A DNA stretch of 24,448 nucleotides from a virus (Duplodnaviria > Caudoviricetes): positions 1 through 24,448 of the IMG/VR virus record IMGVR_UViG_3300029817_000010; one strand, given 5' to 3'. How positions within the stretch are numbered: the first letter of the stretch is position 1; each line of letters opens with the position of its first letter. The notes beneath the pieces are model-generated. The model saw only the letters and a list, made by a program, of their open reading frames with translations, did not search any database and was not told the DNA's origin. Made by a program: the position numbers and the translations under genes. Positions 1-9,005 of this stretch are shown here, piece after piece.

Positions 1-488
1 TGTTTCCATAACCCTATGGGGGGGGATAGGGTTTTTACCCTACCCGCTGTCTCTCTACTTTTCTATTCCTATCTCTTATAAAGAAAAGAATATAGTAAAG
101 GGATAGGGCAAGCAGGGTTTACAGGATCAGGAGTTATGGCAATACTGGTTTGCGGCCCTATCATCATAACCCTAATAGGGTTTATCTATCATGGCCTACG
201 CCACCCATTGTGTATTCCCCGCCGTAAACCACAAGGGGTGGGGTGTAACCCTTGCCATCGACGTATGGGAGGGGGTGGTGGTTAAGCTACCATCACAACT
301 TTTTGAAATTCTATCTACCAACTTTCTACGTTCCGCCTAAATATCTGATGTAGTGTATTTGTAGATTTAAGGGGTATATTAACTCATACAGCCTACCCAT
401 ATTACGGAAAAATCTACTACACTATCTACCCACGATCTACTACCGTATCTACCTGTAGGGGACGTTATTTTGGCTCAAAATTTGGGGG
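1..488. other. Non-coding region, possible replication origin, genome end or control region
   Basis: No ORF in the track. A pyrimidine-rich tract (about 49-78) is followed by a purine-rich tract (about 79-108), flanked by inverted CCATAAC (6-12) and GTTATGG (132-138); G-runs and ATCTAC repeats also occur. Function is inferred. Confidence 0.4.
412..452 (+). repeat. Four phased ATCTAC direct repeats
   Basis: ATCTAC at 412, 424, 435 and 447 (spacing 12, 11, 12 bp), with further copies at 313 and inverted (GTAGAT) at 361. Confidence 0.75.
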
Positions 489-517
489 TTGACGACTACG
501 GGTGATCGGCGTAGAAT
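489..517 (+). promoter_or_regulatory. sigma70-type promoter
   Basis: TTGACG (489-494), 17-bp spacer, TAGAAT (512-517), just before ATG 526. Confidence 0.7.
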
Positions 518-525
518 ACAACAGA

Positions 526-1020
526 ATGGCTACCAATGAAGCTATGCGAAAGTACCGGCACTCGCCCGGCTATCAGTTCCATGCCGCATTACGGCGGTAT
601 TGTATAACTGTTCAGAAGCTAGAACTGCTACGAAGAACCTTAATGGAATTGAGTGGGGATAGCCCTGAGCTACGCTCTCTAGTTCCACATTCAGTTACTG
701 CTACACTTTCACCGCCTCCGCGAAGGATAACTTCGCCGGGATTAGAAGAAGAGAGTGCGTGGCAGATTGAAAATCTTTATACACAAACTCCTGAACAACA
801 TGCCCGACTTACCAAGTACAAAGAATACTGTAGACAACGTGGACTAGACCCATTCCCACATCACGAGAAAGAAGCCCCCGCAGTATCCGATGAATTTCGC
901 CTGCTGGATGCCAAGTTTGACAGGACACATGCAGAGGGATATGATGGTGACGAAGTGTGGACGGATGAAGATGATGAACGGCACTTAAAATTTTTTACGA
1001 AACAGAAGGAACAAAAGTGA
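526..1020 (+). CDS. Hypothetical protein
   Basis: Track ORF 502..1020; ATG 526 preferred because GTG 502 lies inside the promoter spacer. The stop overlaps the next start (GTGA). Confidence 0.7.
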   Translation: MATNEAMRKYRHSPGYQFHAALRRYCITVQKLELLRRTLMELSGDSPELRSLVPHSVTATLSPPPRRITSPGLEEESAWQIENLYTQTPEQHARLTKYKEYCRQRGLDPFPHHEKEAPAVSDEFRLLDAKFDRTHAEGYDGDEVWTDEDDERHLKFFTKQKEQK

Positions 1021-1913
1021 GTGATCCCTACAAAATTCCTCTTCCTACCGGGATGCGAATCGCCGGTTCTCTTCCTCCATTCTCTCTCGGCATCTGTTCT
1101 CATCAACCCGAACGTGTACGGGAAGCGACTTTTCACTGGCAACGCGGATTATCCGATCTTCAGAAGGAAGTGCCGACTCTCTGTGCTACTGCAAAGTCAA
1201 TGGCAGAGGGATACAACCAAATCCTAGAACAATGTCAAACTGAATATCTAATCCTCAGTCACCACGACGCTTGGCCGATTAGTTTGCCATACTATGTGTG
1301 TGGTAAACGTCTTTTAGAACGAATGTCGAAATGTGATTTAATGGGATTCGCTGGTGCTTCTCGCGTAATAGGTCCACGCTGGTTCGATCACTTGCCAAGT
1401 TGTTACGGGGGAGTTGTTAACTATCCGAGCGATCCTCCAGGCACAGTCATTACACCAGAAATGGCAATGATTCGTGCTGCTGGAATGCGGCCTTGTCAAA
1501 CAACTGTGTGGGGGAGACAAGCTAAACTTGTAAGAGGAATTCGAGTCATGGACGGCTATTGCATGATTATGAGGGCGGATGAAGCGAAGAAAATTAAGTT
1601 TGATACTCGTTATCCCGGCTTCCATTTTTACGATCTGGATTTTAGCTTGTACTGCCACACCGCTGGATTGCGTACTGCTGTCTGCACTGATATTTACATC
1701 TCACACAACTCAACCGGCAGTTACATGCAGTCGGACTGGTTGGCCGGAGTGGAAATTTTTCTCAAAAAATGGAAGTCTAACTTCGACGGCACGATTACCG
1801 GAGTCGGAAAATCAGCAATAGGATATGGCAGCGGCGATGCCCGACTTGTGCTATTGGAATTGCAGAGAGAAGAGAAATTAATGCAGGAAGAGATTGATGC
1901 GAGTGTTGTGTGA
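1017..1913 (+). CDS. GT-A fold glycosyltransferase-like protein (GT2-like, Glyco_tranf_2_5 type)
   Basis: Motifs SMAEGYNQ, YLILSHHD (DxD-equivalent), MDGYCMIMR, FDTRYPGFHFYDLDFSL and ISHNSTG are typical of this family. Confidence 0.8.
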   Translation: MSDPYKIPLPTGMRIAGSLPPFSLGICSHQPERVREATFHWQRGLSDLQKEVPTLCATAKSMAEGYNQILEQCQTEYLILSHHDAWPISLPYYVCGKRLLERMSKCDLMGFAGASRVIGPRWFDHLPSCYGGVVNYPSDPPGTVITPEMAMIRAAGMRPCQTTVWGRQAKLVRGIRVMDGYCMIMRADEAKKIKFDTRYPGFHFYDLDFSLYCHTAGLRTAVCTDIYISHNSTGSYMQSDWLAGVEIFLKKWKSNFDGTITGVGKSAIGYGSGDARLVLLELQREEKLMQEEIDASVV

Positions 1914-2098
1914 ATCAACATTTTAGAAAGCTCAACCTCCGCGAAGATTTCTCGTCACAGGAAGAAAAACGAGAGAAACAGTTGGGCTATCGCAAGCGGA
2001 GCTTCAAAGAACAGCAAGAAATTGCAGCGTTACCCCCTGCTCCGTATAATCCTGTGGAAACACTATGTGATCCAAGCCTAGAATCTGAAGAGAAATAA
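1910..2098 (+). CDS. Small charged hypothetical protein
   Basis: 62-aa ORF with GTGA overlap to the upstream gene, filling the gap to 2105. Confidence 0.55.
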   Translation: MNQHFRKLNLREDFSSQEEKREKQLGYRKRSFKEQQEIAALPPAPYNPVETLCDPSLESEEK

Positions 2099-2104
2099 TA
2101 TTAT

Positions 2105-2515
2105 ATGAATAACGGTCAGCCTTTAAGATTTGCGTATGTAGGAACTGCCGGATCAACGAGCCAGCCATTCTCTGTATTTCTTCCGGGGTCGAATAATTCT
2201 TATACGCCTTTGTCCACTGATTTTTTCTATCTTACTTCGATGACCATAACCAGTGGATATTCGGTAGCAATCTGTAGCTCAACAGGGATAACGGCTGCTC
2301 AAATAACTGCAAGTACATTGTTGTTGGCTTTGTATCCCGGTACTGGAATCGGTTTTTGGCATGAAGAAGGAAGCGAAGCCGTGGCTCCCCCACAAGGAAT
2401 TGTTCCGTCTATAATAGACACTCTGGATTCCACGAACGTTCTTGTAGCGGCGGGCACCGGGTATGTGATTCATTCCCCCGGTACTTCCGTTCCCTCATGG
2501 ATGGCAACTAAGTAA
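2105..2515 (+). CDS. Ser/Thr-rich putative virion protein, paralog A
   Basis: 136 aa, low charge, beta-like; aligns by eye with 2530..2994. Confidence 0.75.
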   Translation: MNNGQPLRFAYVGTAGSTSQPFSVFLPGSNNSYTPLSTDFFYLTSMTITSGYSVAICSSTGITAAQITASTLLLALYPGTGIGFWHEEGSEAVAPPQGIVPSIIDTLDSTNVLVAAGTGYVIHSPGTSVPSWMATK

Positions 2516-2529
2516 GAAAGTGCGATTTT

Positions 2530-2994
2530 ATGGCTCACGGCAAACCGATCCGCTATACCTTTGTTGGCAGCACAGGATCAACATCACAATCTCTGAATCT
2601 TTTTTACCCCGGCACCAACAATCAACCCTACATCTTTCTGCCGACTGACTGGCTCACCCTCAAAACAATGAATGGAACAGCGGTTGAAGCAGCGGGTGAA
2701 GTTGTTATTCTTAACGCTCCTGCGGGTGCTACCACTGTGACTGCCTCAACTCTCCTACTTAGTTTTGGTGCGGTTGATACTGCAACGGCAGATTGGCATG
2801 AAGAGAGCGTAGATGCGATTTGTGGTGGGCAAGGCATACTGCCGAGTGTTCTTGCACTTGGAGCGGCAAGTACCGCACAGATTTATTTGGCGGGTAGCGG
2901 ATTCATTGAACATGGTCCCGGAACTACACCGCCCGGTTGGATGGCAACTCAAACACCGCCGGGAATTTCGACGTTGGGGGATACTCAATACTGA
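2530..2994 (+). CDS. Ser/Thr-rich putative virion protein, paralog B
   Basis: 154 aa, AGAAAG upstream. Shares G.P.R...VG..GSTSQ, TASTLLL, WHEE and H.PGT..P.WMAT with 2105..2515. Confidence 0.75.
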   Translation: MAHGKPIRYTFVGSTGSTSQSLNLFYPGTNNQPYIFLPTDWLTLKTMNGTAVEAAGEVVILNAPAGATTVTASTLLLSFGAVDTATADWHEESVDAICGGQGILPSVLALGAASTAQIYLAGSGFIEHGPGTTPPGWMATQTPPGISTLGDTQY

Positions 2995-3167
2995 TGCGAC
3001 TGTGGATAAAAACAAATCAAACTCACACGATGACTAATCGTGAGTTGATGCTAAACAATAATCGCTGGACGATTTTCCATGCAGTTATTACAGCCGTCGC
3101 CCATTTGGCAACATTGATTGCTGTGTTATGGACGTTATATGAGACTTACAGCCTAAAACACCGATGA
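2994..3167 (+). CDS. Small protein with one hydrophobic helix
   Basis: ATG 2994 in a TGATG overlap, within track ORF 2937..3167; hydrophobic stretch IFHAVITAVAHLATLIAVLWTLY; ATGA overlap with the next gene. Confidence 0.55.
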   Translation: MRLWIKTNQTHTMTNRELMLNNNRWTIFHAVITAVAHLATLIAVLWTLYETYSLKHR

Positions 3168-3586
3168 ATTTCAACCAGCGAATCCGGGAAAAGTTAGAGG
3201 AGTATTTATCCTTAGACGCAGATATGCTCTTTCGGTTAAAACCAAAGAGTGTAACCGATCAAATTGCTCACAATCTTGTTAGAAAAGCAACGGGCAGAGG
3301 CCGAGTAAACGATTCAGGAGAGTGGGAATATAGCGATCAACAAGCCTCCGCCCTAAAAGAAATCTTCGACCGGCTACTTGGACGGCCCGCGACTTCGGCG
3401 GATACCAACACTGTGGCGGGGGTGGATGTTGTGAAAGAAATTGAAAATGACCCGGAGTACGCAAAGAAAATTCTTAATCCGCCGAAACTTACAAAAGAGC
3501 AATTAGAACGGTTGCGAGCGGAGTTAAAGGCACATAAACTTGGAATTCCAAAGCCAACCCCAAATCGAAATCCCACATCAGCCTAG
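3164..3586 (+). CDS. terS: Putative terminase small subunit
   Basis: 140 aa directly upstream of TerL. The IAHNLVRKA..G...ALKEIFDRLLGRP pattern resembles DUF5681/TerS-like proteins. Confidence 0.6.
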   Translation: MNFNQRIREKLEEYLSLDADMLFRLKPKSVTDQIAHNLVRKATGRGRVNDSGEWEYSDQQASALKEIFDRLLGRPATSADTNTVAGVDVVKEIENDPEYAKKILNPPKLTKEQLERLRAELKAHKLGIPKPTPNRNPTSA

Positions 3587-5534
3587 ATTCTGGACCGATC
3601 CTAAGAGTGGTTTAGAAATCCCGATGGGCCGCACGGAAAATCTAGCCCGGCGAAAATTTGTCTTGGAACGCTGTGAAACCGATCCGCGATTCCGGGCATC
3701 CATTCTTAAAATGTGTGCCGATTCGCCTGTGCTGTGGGTGTCGCTATTCGGATGGACACGAAAGTTTTTTGAAGTGGGAGTGGATGGAATTTCAGTAAGT
3801 AAAGATAGCAAGCTAGAACCGTTTATCCCTTGGCCAAGTCAGATCGCATTGATGGAGAGAATTCATAACAGCATCTTAAAAGGTACTTCCTTTCTCCTAG
3901 AGAAATCCCGCGAAATCGGGGCAAGTTGGATGTATCTCTATGTCTTTACCCACCATTTCTTATTTCGTAGGGGATGCGAAATTGGTCTGTTGTCCCGAAT
4001 TGAGGATGATGTTGACTCCTTAATGGGAGATGTAAAAGGATACCCGCTCCATGTCAATTCCGATCCTGCAACTTTATTGGGCAAAATTGACTACTGTTTG
4101 CAGCACCTTCCACAATGGATGCTTCCAAGGTTGGCCCGCAAACGGTTACATATCTTCAACTTGGACGGGAAATGCCGACTCGACGGCGGAGCTTCCGCTG
4201 AATTCGCCTTCACGGGTCAACGCAGAGACGCGGTATATTTTGACGAAGCTGCGAAAAACCCGAATTTCAAATCTATCTGGGATCAGACTACAGACGTAAC
4301 ATTGTGTAAACTTCCTGTGTCCACCCCCGTGGGAAAGACCAATTACTTTGCAAAGGTGAGATTTAGCGGCCAAATCCCAATCGAGACTTTTGGTTGGTGG
4401 CTATCCCCCGAAAAAGCAAGCGACTTAACGTCTGTGGAAATCGCACCTGGAAAGTGGAAACTTACCTCATCTTGGTATGCCCATCAATGCACTATCCGAT
4501 CCCCAAACGATATTGCCTCGAACCTAGATATTGACTATCTGGAATCTGGTACACCGTTCTTTGAGGGATTGATCCTCGACAAACATAAGAAGTCCTATGG
4601 CCGCGATCCTCTGTTGAGATTGCGAATCGAGTTTAAGAGAGATGTGCCAGAGTCAGAGATACGACAAATAATTTTACGAAGAGACTTGACAAAGGTACAA
4701 GCTGTGGTAGATTCTAAGGGGCCGTGGTCCCTGTGGACTATTCCGCCAAATCCTAATCCACATGCGAAAGAAGGAGAATATGATAAGTTGTATGGATCGG
4801 GGAATCTCTGGGTATTCGGATGCGATACGTCACTTGGAATGGGTGCGTCTAACTCTGTTATCTCAGTCATTAATAAACGCACGCGTCACAAAGTTGCGGA
4901 ATTCGCGGATTCCCGAACACCGCCTCATTCTTTCGCAAAACAAATTGCTGCTGCGGCATTGTGGTTTGGATCGGGATCGACGCGGCCTTTAGTTGTACCG
5001 GAGGCGAACGGTAATCCCGGTTTCGATTTGTTGCGGCAATTATCTCGCATCTATTCTTACCCCGAAATTTATCGTGCTACAACTACAAATCGGGACATCG
5101 ACAAGGTAACTGCCAATCTCGGTTGGTCATCGTCGCGGAGTAAGAAAGCGTTGATGCTTGGGAATCTTCGCCGCGAATACGCTGTGGGACATTTTGTTAA
5201 TCCAAGCGTAAAAGCAATAGAAGAGGCCGCCGATTATATTGTGAGTGAGACGGGTAGTATAGAACCATCTTCCCTCACAGAAGAAAGCGAAGCTGCGAAA
5301 TCGGCACACGGCGACAGAGTTATCGCAGACGCACTCGCTTGTTGGGCGGGATCAGAACATGAAATCGAAGAGCCGAAACCGCAAGTGAAAAATAGTTTGG
5401 ACGGCATTGAGAATGCCCCGCCGGGGAGTCCGGGGTATAGGATTAGGACAGGCGGCTATCTTAACCCTCCGAAGGATAGAACGGTGCGAGACTTGCGGTT
5501 GGGGGATAAGTTTAAGGTGACAGACTTTATTTAA
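3540..5534 (+). CDS. terL: Terminase large subunit
   Basis: EPFIPWPSQ (adenine-binding), EKSREIGASW (Walker A-like), VYFDEAAK (Walker B), VSTP (coupling motif), and nuclease motifs FGCDTSLG, PEANG and HGDRVIA. TTG start preceded by AAAGG. Confidence 0.92.
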   Translation: MEFQSQPQIEIPHQPRFWTDPKSGLEIPMGRTENLARRKFVLERCETDPRFRASILKMCADSPVLWVSLFGWTRKFFEVGVDGISVSKDSKLEPFIPWPSQIALMERIHNSILKGTSFLLEKSREIGASWMYLYVFTHHFLFRRGCEIGLLSRIEDDVDSLMGDVKGYPLHVNSDPATLLGKIDYCLQHLPQWMLPRLARKRLHIFNLDGKCRLDGGASAEFAFTGQRRDAVYFDEAAKNPNFKSIWDQTTDVTLCKLPVSTPVGKTNYFAKVRFSGQIPIETFGWWLSPEKASDLTSVEIAPGKWKLTSSWYAHQCTIRSPNDIASNLDIDYLESGTPFFEGLILDKHKKSYGRDPLLRLRIEFKRDVPESEIRQIILRRDLTKVQAVVDSKGPWSLWTIPPNPNPHAKEGEYDKLYGSGNLWVFGCDTSLGMGASNSVISVINKRTRHKVAEFADSRTPPHSFAKQIAAAALWFGSGSTRPLVVPEANGNPGFDLLRQLSRIYSYPEIYRATTTNRDIDKVTANLGWSSSRSKKALMLGNLRREYAVGHFVNPSVKAIEEAADYIVSETGSIEPSSLTEESEAAKSAHGDRVIADALACWAGSEHEIEEPKPQVKNSLDGIENAPPGSPGYRIRTGGYLNPPKDRTVRDLRLGDKFKVTDFI

Positions 5535-5550
5535 GAGCCTAGGATTGTAT

Positions 5551-7521
5551 ATGGCTAAATCTAAGCCAAAAGACATTTTAGGGAAATTAAGTCCCGCCAA
5601 GTTTGCCGCCGAAGTGAAACGCGGATTTGATCGTTTAGAGCCTGACCGTTATCGCTCACGATTCACCTGTAAGCTAATGGCTGGCCCGGCCTTTACCAGC
5701 GACAAGGAGATCAAGTTAGATTCTCCTCTCGCATTGCTGTTTAACGTAGGCCGCACTCTTTTGCCGCAGCTTGTAATTCCATCTCTTCGCCATGTGATAG
5801 AGACGCCATATCTTCCAGCGAGACAGTATGCACAGAGTTTAGGATTAGCCCTATCCCTCTACGATAAGAAACAGCGAATGCCGAGTATTCTCCGATGCGT
5901 TATAATGGACGCACTTCACAATATCGGAATAATGAAAACGGGCCTAGAAGCAGGTGGAGATATTCTTTCTTTGGAAAATGAAGAAGAGGGGAATACCAAG
6001 ATTGACGTTGGGGAGATTTATACCGAACGTATTAGCTTTGACGATTTTGTAGCAGACCCCGACAGCCGAGAATACCTCTATTTGGATGCCCGATTCATAG
6101 GAAATAAAATTCGAGTGCCGCGACGAGTATTACTTGATTCAGGCAAATACAAGAAAGATATAGTAGAGCGTCTCCCGCGAAACAACTCTAACACTGTGAA
6201 CGAGAAGAAAACTGCCAATCTTACGATGGGGAATATTAATATCGGCGAGAATGCAGACTTGGAGGATATAGTCGAAATCTGCGAATTGTGGGTGCCTTCG
6301 GCTAATTCCATTGTGACGATTCCTGGTGATTTCGATTATGAGGCAAAAGATTACTTGCGTGTTGCCCCGTATTTCGGCGTAAAAGAAGGGCCATATACTT
6401 TCCTTTCTCTCACTATCCCCGTTCCCGATCAGCCGCTCCCTGTGCCGCTGATGCGAGTGCTGTTTCAGTTGGAAATGGCTGTCAATCGTATGGCAGTCAA
6501 GATTTCCATGCAGGCGGATCGGCAGAAAGATATTCTTGCTTACAAAGCATCGGAAGTCGAGAATGCGAAGAAAGTTGTTGATGCGTCAGACGGCGAAGCT
6601 ATTTCGATGGACGATCCTTCCGCGATAAACAAGATTAGTTTGGGTGGGCAAGAAAATAGCAACGTTGAACATCTGAACATGCTGATGTCAGAATTCAATA
6701 TGCTGGCATCCAATGTTGAAACTCTATCCGGTGTTTCTTCTGCCGCTAAGTCTGCGACTGCTGCGAATCTATTAGACAAGAATGCTTCTATCTGTCTTTC
6801 TGATATGCAGAATGCGGTTTACGATGCTTCTGCACAGGAAGCTCGTAAACGGACGTATCTCATTCACACCAATCCGATGCTCAATGAACTGCTAAGTAAG
6901 CGAGTAATGAATGCAGGACAGATGCAAATTGGCCCGACTGGTGTCCCGCAATGGGTCACGCCGCCGACTATTGAGGAAGTACAATTTAATCTTACCCCGG
7001 AAGATCGGTCGGGCGATTTCTTGGATTTGGTGTTCAAAGTTGAGCCGGAATCCGAAGGTAGGATGGATTCCAAGACTCGATTGCAACAAGAACAAATGTT
7101 CTGTCAACAAATTCTTCCCGCCGTTGCGGGTGCGGCACAGATTTGTCAAACACTCGGCATTCCATTCGACGCTTCGCAAATGCTGTGGCACATGGCACAG
7201 GATATGGGAATCACTTGGCTGGATTCTGTGTTGTTTGCTCCCGCTATCCAACAGAAAGCCGCAATGGAGTATAATGCGATTCAGATGGCTACGGGTGGTG
7301 ACGTGAGAGCCGACCAAAAACCGCCGATGATGAATAATGCCATTGCACAGAATGGACAGCCGGGGAATGTAATGGCCCCGCAGCCGACGCCCCCGCAGCA
7401 AGCCAACATGGCCGCTCAAGGTGGGGCGGTAGACGCTCAGCGTGTGATTCGTAGTGCCCTGTTGCACGGGATAGGCGGGAAGCCCCCGGCCCCGGCTCTA
7501 CCCACGGCGAATGCTTTTTGA
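5551..7521 (+). CDS. Portal protein (P22-like size)
   Basis: About 656 aa immediately after TerL. GIMKTG, RISFDDFVADP, EICELW, KSATAA and a Q/P/M-rich C-terminal tail are typical of P22-like portals. Track start is TTG 5545; ATG 5551 preferred. Confidence 0.85.
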   Translation: MAKSKPKDILGKLSPAKFAAEVKRGFDRLEPDRYRSRFTCKLMAGPAFTSDKEIKLDSPLALLFNVGRTLLPQLVIPSLRHVIETPYLPARQYAQSLGLALSLYDKKQRMPSILRCVIMDALHNIGIMKTGLEAGGDILSLENEEEGNTKIDVGEIYTERISFDDFVADPDSREYLYLDARFIGNKIRVPRRVLLDSGKYKKDIVERLPRNNSNTVNEKKTANLTMGNINIGENADLEDIVEICELWVPSANSIVTIPGDFDYEAKDYLRVAPYFGVKEGPYTFLSLTIPVPDQPLPVPLMRVLFQLEMAVNRMAVKISMQADRQKDILAYKASEVENAKKVVDASDGEAISMDDPSAINKISLGGQENSNVEHLNMLMSEFNMLASNVETLSGVSSAAKSATAANLLDKNASICLSDMQNAVYDASAQEARKRTYLIHTNPMLNELLSKRVMNAGQMQIGPTGVPQWVTPPTIEEVQFNLTPEDRSGDFLDLVFKVEPESEGRMDSKTRLQQEQMFCQQILPAVAGAAQICQTLGIPFDASQMLWHMAQDMGITWLDSVLFAPAIQQKAAMEYNAIQMATGGDVRADQKPPMMNNAIAQNGQPGNVMAPQPTPPQQANMAAQGGAVDAQRVIRSALLHGIGGKPPAPALPTANAF

Positions 7522-7545
7522 CTTCTATGAAAGAGATGGTATAGT

Positions 7546-7815
7546 ATGGCAACGGAAAAACCCGATGACGGGTATGATAAAGACGACCATGAAGCCTGTG
7601 CGGACGCCGAGACGTTGCAGCGGGCTGAAGAGATAAAGCAAGACTCCAAACGGCACACTAAGGCGGTTGCTCATCTTGCTCACAAACGGGATGCGATTAT
7701 CTCTGCTCATGCCAATGCCCGGCGATCATTGATGCAGAAAACAGGAAAGAAAATGAAATCCGTGTTCGGTGAGCACGGACCGGCAGATGCAACGAAAGAA
7801 GAAAGTGAGACTTGA
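7546..7815 (+). CDS. Small helical phage protein, paralog of 22158..22445
   Basis: 89 aa; DAETLQRAEEI.....RH..A..HLA...MK.VFG.H.P is shared with 22158..22445. Confidence 0.75.
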   Translation: MATEKPDDGYDKDDHEACADAETLQRAEEIKQDSKRHTKAVAHLAHKRDAIISAHANARRSLMQKTGKKMKSVFGEHGPADATKEESET

Positions 7816-7817
7816 TT

Positions 7818-7994
7818 ATGAAATACGGCGAATCCACTAAGGCAGCGGAACATCAGGCAAGAACTAAACCCTTAGCCCGTGCGAGAAAAGGAAAACCCTA
7901 CATGGGATCGCCCGGTAGTTTGAAAGGGCATCAAGTTGGGCATCTCGGAAAGAGCTGGCACAGTAATTTCCGTAAGGCTTTTGGACACACATGA
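7818..7994 (+). CDS. Small basic hypothetical protein
   Basis: ATG 7818 within track ORF 7812..7994; K/R/H/G-rich. Confidence 0.55.
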   Translation: MKYGESTKAAEHQARTKPLARARKGKPYMGSPGSLKGHQVGHLGKSWHSNFRKAFGHT

Positions 7995-8054
7995 TTGATG
8001 AACTTCATATCACCGTGTATCCTGCATGGGTATATTGGTTGGTAGAAAGGATAG

Positions 8055-8234
8055 ATGATGCCTTGGAAATCCGTACAGCAAGCAAGATGGGGACATTCGC
8101 CTACCGGGATCAAGGCGTTAGGCGGAAAAACCGAAGTGGCGGAATGGGATCGAGCCACACGCGGAAAGAAATTGCCCAAGAAAGTTAAGAAACCAACAAA
8201 GAAGTTTGAACACAAGGTACAGAGAATAAGCTGA
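8055..8234 (+). CDS. Small basic phage protein (59 aa, not in ORF track)
   Basis: AGAAAGGA RBS at 8044-8051. Translation MMPWKSVQQARWGHSPTGIKALGGKTEVAEWDRATRGKKLPKKVKKPTKKFEHKVQRIS resembles common MP.KS..Q.RW...EW...KKLP phage peptides. TGATG-coupled to the next ORF. Confidence 0.7.
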   Translation: MMPWKSVQQARWGHSPTGIKALGGKTEVAEWDRATRGKKLPKKVKKPTKKFEHKVQRIS

Positions 8235-8404
8235 TGTATAATAAAGTGGAACTAATACGAGACACAATTAGAGACTTGCCGGGATATGTGGAATCTGATG
8301 AGGCTCTTCCCTTTGAACACGGTCCAAATCCTGGTCGAAGTGCGGAACATTTTATTAATGCTGTGGAAAAGTGGAGAGATAGCCAGCGTAACCGGAGAAA
8401 CTAA
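8234..8404 (+). CDS. Small hypothetical protein (56 aa, not in ORF track)
   Basis: MYNKVELIRDTIRDLPGYVESDE...RRN; tiles exactly between its neighbours (TGATG, then TAA-ATG). Confidence 0.55.
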   Translation: MYNKVELIRDTIRDLPGYVESDEALPFEHGPNPGRSAEHFINAVEKWRDSQRNRRN

Positions 8405-8671
8405 ATGCCACTCTCATTTGCCGCTTTTGCTCAACTTGTAAACGATGTAATGCGAGAGATGAAAGATTTTGCTCTCTCAGATTTACAACATTTGGAAGCT
8501 CTGACTTCCGGTCAAAATATGACGGATTTAATAACCGCCATTGATGATCCTGATAAGTTCCGTCAACTCCTGTGCGAGAAACGGGATTTGCTGCGAACCA
8601 AGCAGTCGGAATACAAGGAACGTCAACTAGGGATACCAAAACGACATGCCAATATACGATTACCACTGTGA
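8405..8671 (+). CDS. Hypothetical protein
   Basis: 88 aa, GGAG upstream, helical composition. Confidence 0.65.
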   Translation: MPLSFAAFAQLVNDVMREMKDFALSDLQHLEALTSGQNMTDLITAIDDPDKFRQLLCEKRDLLRTKQSEYKERQLGIPKRHANIRLPL

Positions 8672-9005
8672 CGTTTGCGGCAATACTTTTACCGACTACT
8701 TTAAGTTCGGAAGAGTAGACCCTATCCCCGAAGTGCAGGAATGCCCGGAATGCAAACAACTCACAGCGAAACGTCAATTTCCATGCCCGCACGCACAATT
8801 GGATTTTCATAAACCGATAGAGTTGTTTTCACTCGCCCCTGTGAAGAAAGAGGAAGTTGATAATTTCCGACAACAGAATCCTGATATTCAATGTGAGGGT
8901 GATCCGGCGAGTGATATGTACGGGGTGCCAGTCGTACACAACGAACAAGAGAGAAGTAGGGTGCTAAAGCATTTCCACTACGCGATGAAAGAAAAGAAGC
9001 GATAA
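8646..9005 (+). CDS. FmdB-family zinc ribbon protein
   Basis: MPIYDYHCDVCGNTF...CPECK signature; usual position between portal and scaffold in P22-like head modules. Confidence 0.85.
   Translation: MPIYDYHCDVCGNTFTDYFKFGRVDPIPEVQECPECKQLTAKRQFPCPHAQLDFHKPIELFSLAPVKKEEVDNFRQQNPDIQCEGDPASDMYGVPVVHNEQERSRVLKHFHYAMKEKKR

Noticed and set aside
313-460. Cas12a-like repeat or mini CRISPR array (TCTAC/GTAGAT stems)
   Set aside because: Units are only 6 bp with 5-6 bp gaps; there is no full repeat-spacer structure.
2994-3167. Holin call for the single-helix membrane protein
   Set aside because: No endolysin or spanin lies nearby, and one hydrophobic helix is not enough evidence.
7518-7545. Promoter-like TTGACT-16-TATAGT
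   Set aside because: The -10 box abuts ATG 7546, so transcription would start inside that gene. It cannot be supported without TSS data.
7991-8188. Track ORF of 65 aa
   Set aside because: It overlaps 8055..8234, which has a strong RBS, a recognisable phage peptide pattern and coupling to the next gene.
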